Source: the human T2T-CHM13v2.0 reference genome, Homo sapiens. From it: a DNA stretch of 64,000 nt. Position 1 is the stretch's first letter. The number at the start of each line of letters is the position of its first letter. Positions 26,030 to 39,720 of the stretch are shown here, in pieces. The position numbers and the translations under genes were made by a program. The notes under the pieces are model-generated. The model saw nothing but the letters and a program-made list of their open reading frames with translations. It was not told the origin of the DNA and made no database searches. The stretch lies in NCBI RefSeq assembly GCF_009914755.1, contig NC_060944.1. The stretch is one strand, 5' to 3'.

Positions 26030-26200
26030 AATGACAGGCATTGTACCAAGAGCACTCTCATTTGTAATCTCAATTACTTCCTGACAACAGTCATAGAAAG
26101 TAGTATTCACCCCACTTGAATGATGAAGAAACTGAGGCAGAGAGAGAAGTAATTTACTCAAAATCACACATGCACACAGCTAGAAAGTGGCAGAAACTTC
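26030..26200 (-). mobile_element. MIR SINE
   Basis: aggcattgtaccaagagcact...gatgaagaaactgaggcagagagagaagtaatttactcaaaatcaca. Confidence 0.75.
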
Positions 26201-26531
26201 AAAGTATGTACTCATTCCACTGCTCCCCACAGCCTTCCAGCTTTGCATCCAAAGAGTTTTCTAGAGCCCTCAGTGGGGTCTTTGTCTCCGATTTGCTCAC
26301 TGCTTGGTGGTGAGCATCATGGCTGCCTCCCATAATCATCTGTAGCTTGTCCCCGGTTTCTTTCTACAAATTCCTCGTCAGCTTGATGTTCCTACCTGAT
26401 CCTCCCTGGCCCTGGCTGTCACCCTACACGCCACCGGCAGCAAGCTGGAGCATGTGGTGGAGTAGGAATACAGCCTAGTGCCTGCTGGGGCACACCCCAC
26501 AAGGGAGGAGTCAACAGAAAAATGTCCAAAG

Positions 26532-27082
<551 letters not shown>

Positions 27083-27143
27083 ATCTGAAGATAAAGGGGA
27101 ACTTTTTTGTCCCTTAACCCTCCCAAGCTAGACTTCAGAGTCT

Positions 27144-27241
27144 AGAGGTTTGGCACTTTACCTTTGTAATGTGCCTTTGTAGGATGGAGAAGGAAATTGG
27201 AGAGACCCTGCATTTAATGACAGAGGTTTGGCACTTTACCT
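27144..27241 (+). repeat. 20-bp direct repeat flanking a 50-bp exact copy of 25988-26037
   Basis: agaggtttggcactttacct at 27144-27163 and 27222-27241; cctttgtaggatggagaaggaaattggagagaccctgcatttaatgacag at 25988-26037 and 27174-27223. Confidence 0.97.
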
Positions 27242-27799
27242 GCCCTGAGAGGCAGCCTTGCCCCAAGCCATTGACCCTGGCCCAGTCCCTGCCAACTATC
27301 ACAGAGGTAAACTCCAAGCAGAGCTCCCGACTTGAGGCTGGCCTGCTAGTTACAGGAAACAGGTGGGATTACCATCTTTAGGTAGTAGGAAAGACCAAAC
27401 CCAAATGCTTTCCTGCCGCTTCCTGAAAAGAGCCCCCTGTTCCCTTTTAGCCAAATCTGACCTCAACAGTGCTCCCCAGAGTGGGGTATGGGAGGTGAAG
27501 CCAGCCTAGGCTACTCAAGAAGGGGCTGAGTCACCCAGGAAGGATTTAAGCAGAAACTCCCAAGCTCAAGGAAAGGACTTTTTTCCAGCCATGGTTTTAA
27601 GATTCCAGCATGGCCCTGTCTGTTTTTAACTGACCTACCAAGCCCTGGGGTGGATTTAAAGATAATTCAGCAGAGTAGGGGCAGCAGACAGACAGTTCCC
27701 ACAGCAGGTTAGTGAGGCCCTCACAGATGATGTCTTTGGGTCCGTCCCCAGCGGTTGTGTGAGTGGCTTGTTTCTGTCCTGATGAAGCAGGAAGTTGGG

Positions 27800-27932
27800 T
27801 GCAATGAATAGAGCAAGGATTTGAGAATCAGACAGAACTGAGTTTGAAGCTTGACCCTCCCATACATTGGCCACCTGACTTTGGGTAAATGGCATTTCCT
27901 TGCTGAGCCTCAGTTTTCTCATCTGTAAATGT
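27800..27932 (+). mobile_element. MIR SINE
   Basis: gaatcagacagaactgagtttgaa...ctgagcctcagttttctcatctgtaaa. Confidence 0.8.
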
Positions 27933-28424
27933 TCAAGGCACAGAGCTGGTGTCCTGATTCATCTGGTTTTAAATCTACAAAGAAATCAGAAGCAATGGAG
28001 ACAGAGATGGCTTACCATCCTTTGTCCTCACTCAGGGGTCCAGCATGTCTGCTGGAGGTTTGGAACAAACAGTTATCACACAGATCAGGGAATATGGCCT
28101 TTTCTGCTAAAACAAAACCCGAACTTTGTGGTTGGGGTCTGGGAGCAGAGCCTCTGGGTGAGGAGTGGCTCCTAGACCACCCAACCCTAACTCTGTCCCC
28201 TAAGTCTCTCCTCCTCCTTAAGGATTTCACTTGGATTCCTGCTCCCACCATCAAGCAGGTTTCCAAGCTCTGTTACCCCTCTCCTTTGTCACCACAGCCT
28301 AGGGATTGCCAGTTCCCTTCATTCAGCTCCTCTGACATACTTAGGAATTCTTATAAGCCTTCCCTAAACATCAAGGAAGGAAACCACAAGAGGAAAAGAA
28401 AACAAGAAGAGGAACCCTGGAGTA

Positions 28425-28630
28425 AAATTGCCCTGCTATTTATTGGCTGTGTGACCTCGAGCAATTTAATTAACCTCTCTGAGCCTCAGTTTCCTCATCC
28501 ATCAAATGGGAACAATCACAAGATGACTAACTGTGGCATTGCTGTGAGGATTAAAGAAACTAATATTTGCAATGCACTTAGAAGAGTGGCCAGTACATGG
28601 TAAGTGCTACAGAAGTATTTGTTCTATAAA
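28425..28630 (+). mobile_element. MIR SINE
   Basis: ggctgtgtgacctcgagcaa...taacctctctgagcctcagtttcctcatc...gtgaggattaaa...gtaagtgct. Confidence 0.85.
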
Positions 28631-29624
28631 TAATAAATGAAGGCATGAATCCAGTCACGCTCCCAACTCTGAAATATCAAAACTTTCAGGTTCCCAAGGC
28701 TTGAAATTGCCACCCCAGCCCATCCCTATCCTAGGCCCTAAAATCTGGTACTGCACAGCTGTCCCTGGCTGGAGGCACTTCCCATCACCCTTCCATGTAT
28801 AGCTGATCTCTCACATGGGCCAGGGCAAAATCCCCAGGGGAGGGAAGCAGGCACCTTCCACCTGGGCCCCATGTGACTGCTTTGGGAGGACTGGAATTCA
28901 CAGTTCAGTGCTTGGGCAGATTCAATAGGACAGCCTCCTGTGTGATGGCTTCTTCTGTTCAATTACTACTAAAATTCACCAAATGGAACTGAGAGGTTTT
29001 AACGGCAGTAATTGTGGTGCAAAATGCTCTGTAATTGGTCTCACAAATGAAAGTGAGGAGAATGCTATTGAAAACGAAGCTGCCTTGCCCTGAACAGTTC
29101 AAGAGTGATGGCTTAGACATGCTCCCCAGAAACCTGTTGGTCCCACCCTCTCATGCCTGAGACCCCCGCCCTTTGGCCTCTCCTGGTGGGAACCTCAGGC
29201 TTCTCTCTCTCTGTCTGTGCTGAGGTACAGTGATGGGGGACAGTGCTGGCACGCCCCTGCAGACCCTCTCCACCCTGGTCATCCCTGGAACCTCAGGCCT
29301 GCAGACACCAGGAAGCCTGAAAGGCCTCCTTGAGTGGCCTTTTTATTCCCTGCTGTCTTACATGCGTATAATCTCAGGCCCCCAGGCCTTTGCTCTGGCC
29401 AGTCCCTCTTCCTGGATTCCGTTCCCCTCACTTTCCACACATAGTCACTTCTCATTTAACCTACGCAGTGGAGCCATCCTCTCCTTCCCCAGACAGAAGT
29501 AGCAATGCCTGCCTTCTATTATAGTCCCTTCTATATAGCCCAGACACTACTATGAATAATACTGATAACAGTTACTCTAGTGAAGGAGGAGAACTGTAGT
29601 TCAACAGCTGGTAGCAGAATTCCT

Positions 29625-29976
29625 CTGCGGCACTGTGTCTGCCAACAATTCCATCCCTGCACACACCTGCTGCACCTCCCATCAAGAAAGCATGTCTGTT
29701 TTCCCTCCCCTTGACTCTGGGTTGCTCCTCAGACACTGTTTTGATCAACATGATGAGGTGAAAGTTGCAGTGTTCCCACTCCAGGTTAGCCTTTCAGAAG
29801 CCCAGCAGCTTTGGCTTTTGCTCCCTGGTAAGCCAGATGCTGTACTGCAAAGAACTTGGACTGGATGCCTGGACGATGGGAGACCTCGTGGAGAGAGGGC
29901 ATGGAGAATGAGGGGCCATCTCTGACATTCCATTCCCATTTAGGTGCTTTGTTTTGCAGCACAAGCTAACTGATAC
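29625..29976 (+). mobile_element. MLT1 (F/G-like) MaLR LTR, internally deleted
   Basis: cctcccatcaaga...ccctccccttgactctggg...ttttgcagcacaagctaactgataca. Confidence 0.7.
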
Positions 29977-30033
29977 ATTCCACTAAGGAGAAACCTTTTC
30001 TTTTTTTAGCATAACACTCTGATGAATTATTTA

Positions 30034-30140
30034 GTTTTTTTTTTTAAGTTCTGGAGTACATGTGCAGTATGTGCAGATTTGTTACATAGGTAAACACATG
30101 CCATGGTGGTTTGCTGCAACTATCAATCCATCACTATTTA
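30034..30140 (-). mobile_element. Very short 5'-truncated L1PA 3' end
   Basis: T-run + aagttctggagtacatgtgcag...ttgttacataggtaaacacatgccatggtggtttgctgca. Confidence 0.88.
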
Positions 30141-30649
<509 letters not shown>

Positions 30650-30848
30650 TCTGGGAAAGAAAGGAAGAGCTGCATGGGTATTTTTAGATGTTTGGAGAAG
30701 GAGAATGAGATGGCCAAGCTGAGAATTCCCTGGGCTGGGAAGGCCTTAGACCTCCTGAGAGCATGGTGCTACCAACTGAGCTGGGCTGGCCCCATTGTGT
30801 GACCCGCCACACTGCACCTGGGTCTCTATTAAAAGTCCTCCCAAACTT

Positions 30849-30985
30849 GGGAGGTGATAGATGTATTCATTATTTGATTGTGGTGACAGTTTCACAAGCG
30901 AATATCTGTCAAAATTTTTCAAAGTATACACTTCAAATATGTGCAATTTGTTCTAAGTTCATTAATTTCAATAAACCTTTTTTTA
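30849..30985 (+). mobile_element. Old L1M 3' terminal fragment
   Basis: ggaggtgatagatgt...ttgattgtggtgacagtttcaca...tatacacttcaaatatgtgcaattt...tcaataaa. Confidence 0.75.
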
Positions 30986-31029
30986 AGAACTGTTGCAAAC
31001 ACAACTGCCCTTCATGAGGGGGGCTTTGA

Positions 31030-31138
31030 TAGGGTCACCTAACTGGAACACTTCAGAAAGTGAGAGGGGAGATAATACAATGGGACAACATGCATAAGCC
31101 ATGACCATCCCTGGCATATCTGGACATTTGATCACCCT
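31030..31138. mobile_element. MER94-like (hAT-Blackjack)
   Basis: Terminal agggtcacc ... gatcaccct; internal acacttcagaaagtgagagggg and gggacaaca. Confidence 0.65.
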
Positions 31139-31309
31139 CTGCTTTGGGGACATCAGGGATTGGCCAGGACAAAGGGAAGAGGAATAAAGGTGAGAAATCA
31201 GAAAAATCAGGAAACAGGAGCTAGAGGTGACTAAGAGAAGCAAGGATTGTAAGAAACCTGTTGCCAGCACTCACTAACTATGAGTTCTCAGTGCCTATAC
31301 TAGCTCAGG

Positions 31310-31760
31310 CAAACCTCACAACAGCCCCATTTTACAGGTAGGCAAACAAAGGCTCAGGAGAGTGACCTGCCTAAGGTCACCCAGCAGTAAAAAGCAAACA
31401 CTGGATTTGAACTCAGGAACACTGGCTCTAGGAACTGTGAACCTCACCCCTTCTGGGACTACTGCCATATGTGAGTGAGAGACTCAGTCCTTCTTAAAGA
31501 TCAGTAGAAATCCATAAGGCCAGAGGGCTGCAGAAACCACACACAGCTACAACCTCTGGTCACATTCACATTGACTGGCTGTTTCCTGGGGTTCCCAGCT
31601 TCTGCTTTCAGGACAGTGTCTTATGTAATTCTCACAATGACTGCAGGGCATACATTTTTATTATCCTCCTCATTTTACAGACTAGGAAATCGAGACCCAG
31701 AGAAGTTTGCCCCGAATCATCCAGCTGGTAAGTAGTGAAGCCAGGTTGAAACTAGGACCA
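31310..31760 (-). mobile_element. Two MIR SINE fragments (~31310-31430 and ~31610-31760)
   Basis: ccccattttacaggtagg...cctaaggtcacccagc; cctcattttacagactaggaaatcgagacccagaga. Confidence 0.7.
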
Positions 31761-33561
31761 GAACTAGACACCAAGACCTGAAGTTTACTGTCATTTGAAT
31801 TACCCAGGGATCTTATTTAAATGCAGATTCTCATTTAGTAAGTCTGCCACAAGGCCTGAGATTCTACATTTCTGACATTTTTGGTTGTTGTTGTTGTTGT
31901 TGTCGTTGTGTTTATATTAACCAAGACCTCCTGGAAGGCCAGGATTTGTCTTACTCGTGTGGCACAGTTCCCCTGTGTTGCATGTGTTAGAAGGAAGGCC
32001 TGGGACCCAGGAGCTTCTTGATGATAATAATTTGATGCGAAGGAAGGAAGGAGCAAAGCAAGATAAGAAATTGGAGGCTGCCCCTTCTTGCACACCTACC
32101 TAACACCACAGCTTGTGCTCAGAGAGCACACGAAAGAAAAAGAATCACATTTCCAGTATTTTCCCACCACTGTTGCAGCTCAGGGCAGGAGCCTCAAAGA
32201 GGCGAGGGAAGTGACCAGGGGACACACAGCCAGGGCAGTGATCGGTGCCAAGTGTTGCTCTCTCTGCTCCATGGAGGAAGCCCAGGCACTGATTCTCACC
32301 CCTCCCTGCGTCCTGGGCCAAGCTGGGAGCCCAGGAAAGGACATTCCAGGAGGAAATGCGTGGTTTTCACTCCAGTGCCCCTCCATGGACCACAGCCCTT
32401 CCCTTCCCTCACTCTCAGGTCCTGACTTCTCTCCACGTGGGGCGACCCAGGTGGTCTGTGGCCAGGGAGGCTGAGTAGGCAGCAGGGCCCATGAGAGGTG
32501 GGGGCTGTGTCACCACAGGCTGAGAACACACACACTCGCTTTCCCATAAGAATCCAGCCCAGCCACTGCCCAACCCACCCGCCGGGACCACCACAACACC
32601 AACTTTCTCAGGAAACCTGGATGGGGCTGAGGACTCAGGAACTGACATGAGGCAATTGGAGGCCTCCGAGGGGGGAGAGAGGAACCACAGTTGGTGTTTT
32701 GTGGACGGAGTATGAGGCGTTTGCTGATCTCAGCAGACCAAGTGCCTCCTGTCCCTGCAGAGAACCCGAGGGGAGGAACTGACAGCAGGGGGAAAAGTCT
32801 GATGACCAAAGTCAGGACAGAGACGAAGCAGAGAGCCCATAGACAGGAATAGACATAGAAGGGCAGAGACATTGGGGCCAAGCGAGACTCCACGAAAAGG
32901 AGAGGTCTGGATGGACAGTTACAGGCACAAGAGGAAGGGAAGATGGGGGCAGAGGGATTTATCAGGATGGGCATTCCAGTCCTGGACAACACTACCCCCT
33001 CTTGCTTGGGCAGAAATTCTGGCTTCCACACCCCAGGGTAATTAATACCTTCTTATGACTCAAGCCAAACTGGCAAAAGGCTGGCAGATGAACGGTATGT
33101 CAATGAAGTGATAATGTTGGTAGAGCCTGGGACACAGTCCCCATCCCCTACAAAGCCCTCAAAGCAAGTGAGCTGGGGCTCTCACGATGGCTCATTGTTT
33201 TGTCTTTAGGGAGTGGCAGGTGCCTACCACCCAGGGAATGATGAGATACGGGGAAACCCAGCCCAAACTGGAGCAGGCCAAAGGGAGCCCATCTAAAGGG
33301 AATGGAATAGTCCAGTGGTCCCTGGAACTTAAAATGGGTCCTTCCCTCCTCCCTCCAGGACCCCCAACCAGTCCCTTCTTTCTCCAAGACCGCTGTCTTA
33401 TTCTTGTCACCCAAGCCCGGGAATCTGGCAGCCACTCTCTGGCCAGAGATGGAACTGGGAGGCATTTCCTCAGGAAATGAGGCCTCATGGAAAAGAGTGC
33501 ACACCACAGAGGATTTGCTTTGAGGAGTCCAGAGGCTCTTCCTCTGCCACTTAAAACACAA

Positions 33562-33669
33562 AGGAGAATCGCTTGAACCTGGGAGGCAGAGGTTGCAGTG
33601 AGCTGAGATCACACCACTGCACTCCAGCCTGGCAACAGAGCGAGACACCATCTCAGAAAAAAAAAAAAA
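33562..33669 (+). mobile_element. 5'-truncated Alu (right-arm fragment) with A tail
   Basis: aggagaatcgcttgaacctgggaggcagaggttgcagtgagc...ctcagaaaaaaaaaaaaa. Confidence 0.92.
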
Positions 33670-34204
33670 CTTCATAATCAAAAGCACTCTGAACCCTTCC
33701 CCAGATGTCAGCCCAGATCAACTCTTCATTATCAAGTACGCAGAAGAATTCTCGATTAAGCCTAAGCTCTTCTTATTTGGCTCCATGATGCCCCAATTAT
33801 CACAGCTTGGTACCTGCACAGGGAGCTTTGTGCTGGTTCTGAAAGGCAGAGTGGCCTCTCTGAGGGTCTCAGCACAGGTCACAGGCTCAGTACCAGCCAC
33901 TGACCCAGCAGAGAATCCAGGGAAAACAGGCCCCAAGGAGCATGGTCCTCCTCACATCTCCTTTGGCTGGGACCTGCCTGGCGCTGCCTCCCCAAAGCCA
34001 TCCATTATGGGGTAAGGCTTGTCATTCACTTCCCAATGAGCTGCCCACCTGGCCAGAGTCAGGTGAAAGCCAAAGATGCAGGGAGGAGATTTGGAATGGT
34101 TAAGTGCCCTTCACCACTAACAAAGACATCAGGGTCTATATCTATATACTCTCTTTGTTTCATCATCAACATCACCACCAGCCCACCATCACCACCACCA
34201 TCTT

Positions 34205-34440
34205 CATTATTTCCTAAACACTATGCACCAGGCACTGTGTTCAGCATTTTACATGAATTAACTCAAGTCTTTTCATCCTCACAACTACCCTATAAATTAG
34301 AGACCATCATTATCCCTATTGCACAGATGAGAAATTGAGGCACAGAGAGGTTAAGTCACTCATCTACAGTCATACAGTAGTAGTGGAACCAGGGTTTAAA
34401 CCTAGGCAATGTGACTCCAGAGCTCACCTATTCTACCACA
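34205..34440 (-). mobile_element. MIR SINE (near full length)
   Basis: caggcactgtgtt...tcatcctcacaactacccta...cagatgagaaattgaggcacagagaggttaagtcact. Confidence 0.88.
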
Positions 34441-35737
34441 TGACCGTAATGACACACTACTCCCTCATGTGCACACAGCCCTCCACAGTTTACCCCCAAA
34501 TTCCTCATCCATGACTCTGTGATTTAAATAGGGGGTGCATTTCTCTTCAAAGAAGAGCAAATTGACTTGCAGGGACAGGGACCAATGGGCACTAGAACTG
34601 GGACTCTTAATGCTCACCTGTAGATCCCAAAGTCAGAGCTCATGCCTCAGCCTTGCTGCCCCATATCCTGGGATGAGATAAGGCCTTTTGTTGAGTCCAG
34701 GAAGATCCTCAGTCTTTCAGGATGCAGTTGGCAGCCATGGAACCCAGCCCTGCCCTGATCTCTTAAGACACCTGGGCCAAGCCACCACCCAACCAGGCCT
34801 GCAATTATTCACCTGCCCAACTGGCACCCAGCACACTGCATCCTTGGTCTCCTGGGGTAGGTTTCTACTTGGTTCAGCATGCAGCAGATTAGAGACAGGG
34901 CTGGGAGAATGCTGGTCCTTAGGCTTCCTCTCCCTGTCCGCAGTGTCTGAGGAGTTTGCAGCACTGGTGGGAGGGGGCTGCAGAGGTGAGGCCAACCTCA
35001 CTGAGCTCCCAACTGAGGACCTCGTTTGTAACATAGCAAAGAACCCAAATATAACTGAGGGAGGGGGTGCAGTGGCTTCAATGTGGCCTAGATCCAGGGT
35101 CCAGCAACGTGGAAGAAGACAGGAAAACAGGGCAGTGGGACTGGAGGATGAAGCCAGGGGAGTCAGAACCTGCAATGGAATGAGAGTGGAACAGGCTTCT
35201 GAATCAGGGACAGCTTTGGCCCAAGAGCCCCCTACCTCTCACTGCCTACTGCTAACAGCAGCAGCAGCAGGAACATTTGAGGAGGCCTAGCCCCCACCAC
35301 AGGCCTGCCAGGAAGCATATAGTCTGGGGAAAACAACAGGAGGAAGGTGGACACCAGGATCCCCTATGGTGAAAACTGAACCCATTGCAGACCTCCACCA
35401 AGGTACCCATATTTCAAAAGAGTTTATCTAACAACACCCTAAATATTTTAAGTAATCATTCATTCATTTCCATTTGTGAATATTCATAATCATCCAGAGT
35501 TTTCTGGCCAGTAGGGTGACCCCACCACGCTGGTATAATTTCCCCTTCAAGCAAAGCTCCGTGCTTTAGGTAACTTGGGTGGCCTGATGGCGACTTGCTG
35601 AAATACTAAATATAGTTTGAGAACAATTCCTGGCCAGTCTGTAACCAGATCTGCCTTGTTCAGGGCTATTTCCCCAGGGAACCTGGCACATGAAGGTTCT
35701 CAATAAACAAATATTTGTAGAATGAATGAATGATCCC

Positions 35738-36098
35738 TGTATTAGTACGTTTTCACACTGCTATTAAAAAAAAAAAAGCCTCAGACTGGGTAATTTAGAA
35801 AGGAAAGAGGTTTAATGGACTCATAGTCCCTCATGGCTGAGGAGGCCTCAGGAAACTTACAATCACGGCAGAAGGGGAAGCAGAAATCTTCTTCACTAGG
35901 TGACAGGGGAGAGAACAAAGGAGGAACCATCAGACACTTATCAAACAACCAGATCTCGTGAGAACTCACTATCACAAGAACATCTTGGGGGAAACCACCT
36001 CCACGATCCAATCACCTACCACCAAGTCCCTCCCTCAACACATGGGGATTACAATTTGAGATGAGATTTGGGTGGGGACACAAAGCAAAACCATATCA
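35738..36098 (-). mobile_element. THE1/MST solo LTR (ERVL-MaLR)
   Basis: tgtattagt...gactgggtaattta...aggcctcaggaaacttacaatca...gagatttgggtggggacaca...accatatca; TG...CA ends. Confidence 0.92.
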
Positions 36099-37139
36099 GC
36101 CTCCATGAAGGGAAACTCCCAATTCTTTACTTCTTCCAACATGAGCTATTCCCTACACCCAAGGGGATCCCTACCCTCACCCAGAAGTTCTCAGCAGAAT
36201 CTGTCTGAATTTGCAGTGTGTTAACTCTGCCATGGCCACAGAGAGGCCCACGGGCACATACACACATCGCATGACTGGGTGAGCTTGTGCCAGGACACAC
36301 ACTCACCAGGAACAGCCCTGAGAGAGTAGGGGCTGCAAGAATGATAGCGGCATAGCCATTGCTCCCAATTAAAATCAGAGTGTAAAAGGGAAGAGAATTT
36401 ATCTGCAAAACCACAGGGCCACAGAGAGGTCAATGAAAAAGCTTCTAAGCTTGTTTACAAAAATACGCAATTATGTATTAACTGTCCTGCGATGATTGCA
36501 CTTAACACTTGTTTTTAATCTACTCACTGTTAACCATTTAGGATAAGAAAGGACGCTGGCAAGGAGGAAAGAGAGGACAAGGTCATTGATTACACTCTTG
36601 CTCTCAGCCCATTGCAGATGGGGTAATCGAGCCTCAGTCTCCACTTCTGAAAAATGGGGAAGATAATGATATCACTAAGCAAAGACTTCTAGTGTGGTGC
36701 CAGGCATGGAGTAGCCCATAAGGGTTGGTAATTCAGGTTCTAATCGTAATCATGAACTCCTCTCTATAAACTGTCTCTCAGATGCCTGGTTAAGAGACAG
36801 CTTCACAGCAAGGCTCACAGGACCAAGCAACTATTCTTTAGGCAAACTGTATGCTCATCCACCCACCTGAAGCCCCCAGTGGACCCAGGAAAAAAGGTTC
36901 CCAAAATGTGCCAGAGTAGTCTGAGGTGTCCTGAGAAGGAGCCCCTCTGAAATAACAGCTTTAGCTAGCTCTGGTCTGGCAGGGCATCAGGTCTTTAAAA
37001 AGAAAAATAAAATAACTTCCTCCCTGAGATGAAGTTGTTTTATTTTCTCTATTCCCATTTCCTGGCTCCTCTCCTGGGTCTGCTGTTTGGGGGGTCCATA
37101 GGAATTAGCAACACATAGACCAGAAGGAAGCAAGAAATA

Positions 37140-37490
37140 TAACTTTCTACTGCTTTCTGGGAATCATGATCTATCACATCTAAGAGCATAGTTTCTAAGC
37201 TTCAGTTTCCTCATCTCTAAAATGAGAAAAATGAAAGTAACTTTTTCATAGGGTAATTGTGAGGATTAGATGAAATCATGCATGTAAAGCCCTTGACATA
37301 GTGCCTGACACTTAATAATCACTCAATAAACATTTGCTGTGATTATTATTCATAATGCTCACAATGACAAAAAACAGTATGTAAGTAAGGTCTCAGAGAG
37401 GTTAAGTAACTTGCCCAAGGTCACACAGCTGGTAAGCAGCAGAGCTGGGACTCGAACCCAGGCAACCAGAGTGCTTCCCTATGCTGCTTC
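37140..37490. mobile_element. Two MIRs in opposite orientation (~37140-37345 +; ~37385-37490 -)
   Basis: cttcagtttcctcatctctaaaatgag...cactcaataaa; tcagagaggttaagtaacttgcccaaggtcacacagct...gactcgaacccagg. Confidence 0.85.
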
Positions 37491-37809
37491 CATTTGTTAG
37501 GTAGAAACAGATCATCAGCTTCCCATTACACTCCAGAGACCTGGGCCCAGGCAAGAGATCTGGGAATGGTGGCTTGGGATTTTTCCATGGTCGATGACCA
37601 AGAGCATACAAATGCTCATGCATAAGGTGATCAGAACCAAGGGAACTTAAGGACCATGTTTTACTGAGCAGAGACTTTCCAAACCCAAATAGTAAGTCTG
37701 GACTCAGACCCCAGTCTCTCTTCTTCCAATCAAGTGCTTGCTTCCAAACCACACTTATGAGATCATTGTTGCCCCACCCAGGTGTGGCAGAGCACAGTTC
37801 ATGAATGCC

Positions 37810-37960
37810 ACACACTAGCTGAGTAATCTCGAGTGCCTTACCTAGCAGCTCTGTGCCTCAGTTTCCCTATATGTAGAATAGGGATAAAAAGTAATTTGCT
37901 AGGTTATTGTGAGAAATCTGTAAAAATGCCAGCAACATTCTAGGAGCTCCATAAAGGTTA
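37810..37960 (+). mobile_element. MIR SINE
   Basis: ctctgtgcctcagtttccctatatgtagaatagggataa. Confidence 0.7.
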
Positions 37961-39284
37961 GTTTAATCTGGTTTAGGTTTGAGTGGATTACTTTTGTTTG
38001 ATTTCCTTATCAGGCAACAGAAATCCTCTCCAACATGACTGACTTTTACCTTAACATCATTATCTTCCCTTTTCAGAGGATTCACTGGCATTGAAGAGAG
38101 TGACTCAAGGCTGAGGCTTACCCTCTCTCAGCCTGCCCTTTCCAATGTTCCCTCTTCTCTTTCTACTTCCCATCTTGCCAGCTCATTTTTCTCACCAGCA
38201 AAGACCTTTTCTCTCCAGGCCCACGGCATGAACCCTGCGCTTCCAAAGGAAGCAAGCACTGAATAGATTTAGCAGGTTCTGATAAATGTCACGTTTATTT
38301 TGGTGCCAATGGAGTCACTGCATTTTAATAAAGGCCCCACCTCCACCTCTGCCCCAGATGTTGGTGCTGGTGGGAATACCACACGTTCTGCTGCCACCTC
38401 GAAAATGAGGTTCCAGCAAGTGGGTGCTGGAAGGTGATGCGGAGCTGGGTCCTGCCAGCTCCCTCTCTGGCAAGGGGGCACTGTTTCTGGGTGGCTAGTT
38501 CTGCCAGCCAAGATTTTTATATGCCTATTTTCCAACTTCAGTTTCCTCATCGGAAGAAAGCGGATCATACCCTTTCCACTCTGTGAGGTAAGGCAACCGA
38601 CGACTGTCCATGGAGATGCTTAGTGCCTGTTGATTCTAATTGATTCCAAAGATCTAGGCCCCTGGGAGTAGGCTGGGAGAGGTTGGCTGCGAGAGCTGAG
38701 CTGGCTAAGTGGCAGAAGCTGATGTGGGTGGCTGAGCCAGCAGTTTTCCCATGCCAGAGAGTGAGAGCCACAGATTGGGCCCCTTCTCCAAAGGCCCCAC
38801 CCAGGAGGGGAATCCTGGCCTGGGACGGAGGAGGGGCAGGGAGGGCAGGGCCAGATGCATAGACCTTCTTTTCATCCCAGCCTGAAGTAACTGGGGCTAT
38901 GACAAAGGACACATGGATCTGGCTCCCATCATACCCCCACCCTCCCACCCCACCCCCACTGCAGCCAACTCCAAATGCCCCAGGGCTGGAGAACTAATGA
39001 GGTGATGGACTGGTGTTAGGTGGCAGCCACTGAGAATCGCTCCCACACACACTGTAAAATAAAATCCACCCTTTCTTTGCATTTTGCTGAGCCTAGGTGT
39101 TCTCTGAGTTCCTATTGTCTGTGGGTTTTGTGCTCCAAAAGCTTTTTTTTTTTTTGTCATAATCATGAACCCAAGCCTGCATGAAAACACAGTATAATTA
39201 GGGAAAGAGAGGGGAAGGGTGAGAGGGGCAGGGCATGTCAGAGGGAGAGGTTGGGAACAATGTCTCACATTTCCATAGGAAACC

Positions 39285-39720
39285 AGTTGGGTGCCCTAGT
39301 AGCAGAATCTGAGAACAGGATTCCAGGGCAAGTAGTATATTTAGGAGTGGTCCCAGGAAGCACCAGTAGGGGACTGGGCAAGTGAGACTGGGAGGGGAAG
39401 GAAGTCAGTCAAGGATGCATGGTCGAGAAAGTTACCACCTTGGGTAAGTAGGACTCCAACTTCCTGGAAACCTCTAGGAGCCAGTATAGATGTGCTCCTC
39501 CAAGTTATTCCATCTACAGGGAGAGGGAACTGGGGTATTTATTTACTCACTCCCATCCATCATTGGCCGAAGATCCTCATTAACTCTATAGCACTCCTGA
39601 CCCACCAACACTCAGGCAGAGAGTCACATGTACTGGAACAGAGAATACCAAGGAAGAGACATCAGCAGCACCTTCTATACTATGGACTCTATAAAAACAG
39701 CCTGGGGAGGTGGCCAGAGC
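39285..39720 (-). mobile_element. LTR33-like ERVL LTR
   Basis: agcagaatctgagaacaggattccagggcaagtagtatatttaggagtggtcccaggaagcaccagtagggg...aagtgagact. Confidence 0.65.

Noticed and set aside
27144-27241. Repeat-spacer-repeat resembling a CRISPR unit or a retro-insertion with TSD
   Set aside because: Only two repeats, eukaryotic context, no cas genes; no poly(A) or TE body; the insert is copied from a local donor
27929-28603. Longest ORF (224 aa, +)
   Set aside because: Starts at a MIR end and finishes in MIR-derived sequence (NLSEPQFPH); no recognisable domain; length within chance range for 64 kb
34688-35290. 200-aa ORF (+)
   Set aside because: Non-ATG start, composition typical of GC-rich non-coding DNA, no homology recognised
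38465-38485. CTCF-like tggcaagggggcactg (also 43912-43927)
   Set aside because: Lacks the 5' CC of the core motif; weak match
38040-38595. Possible + strand exon (AG at 38075-38076 to GTAAGG at 38588)
   Set aside because: 511-nt span is atypical and there are no partner exons; signals are compatible with chance
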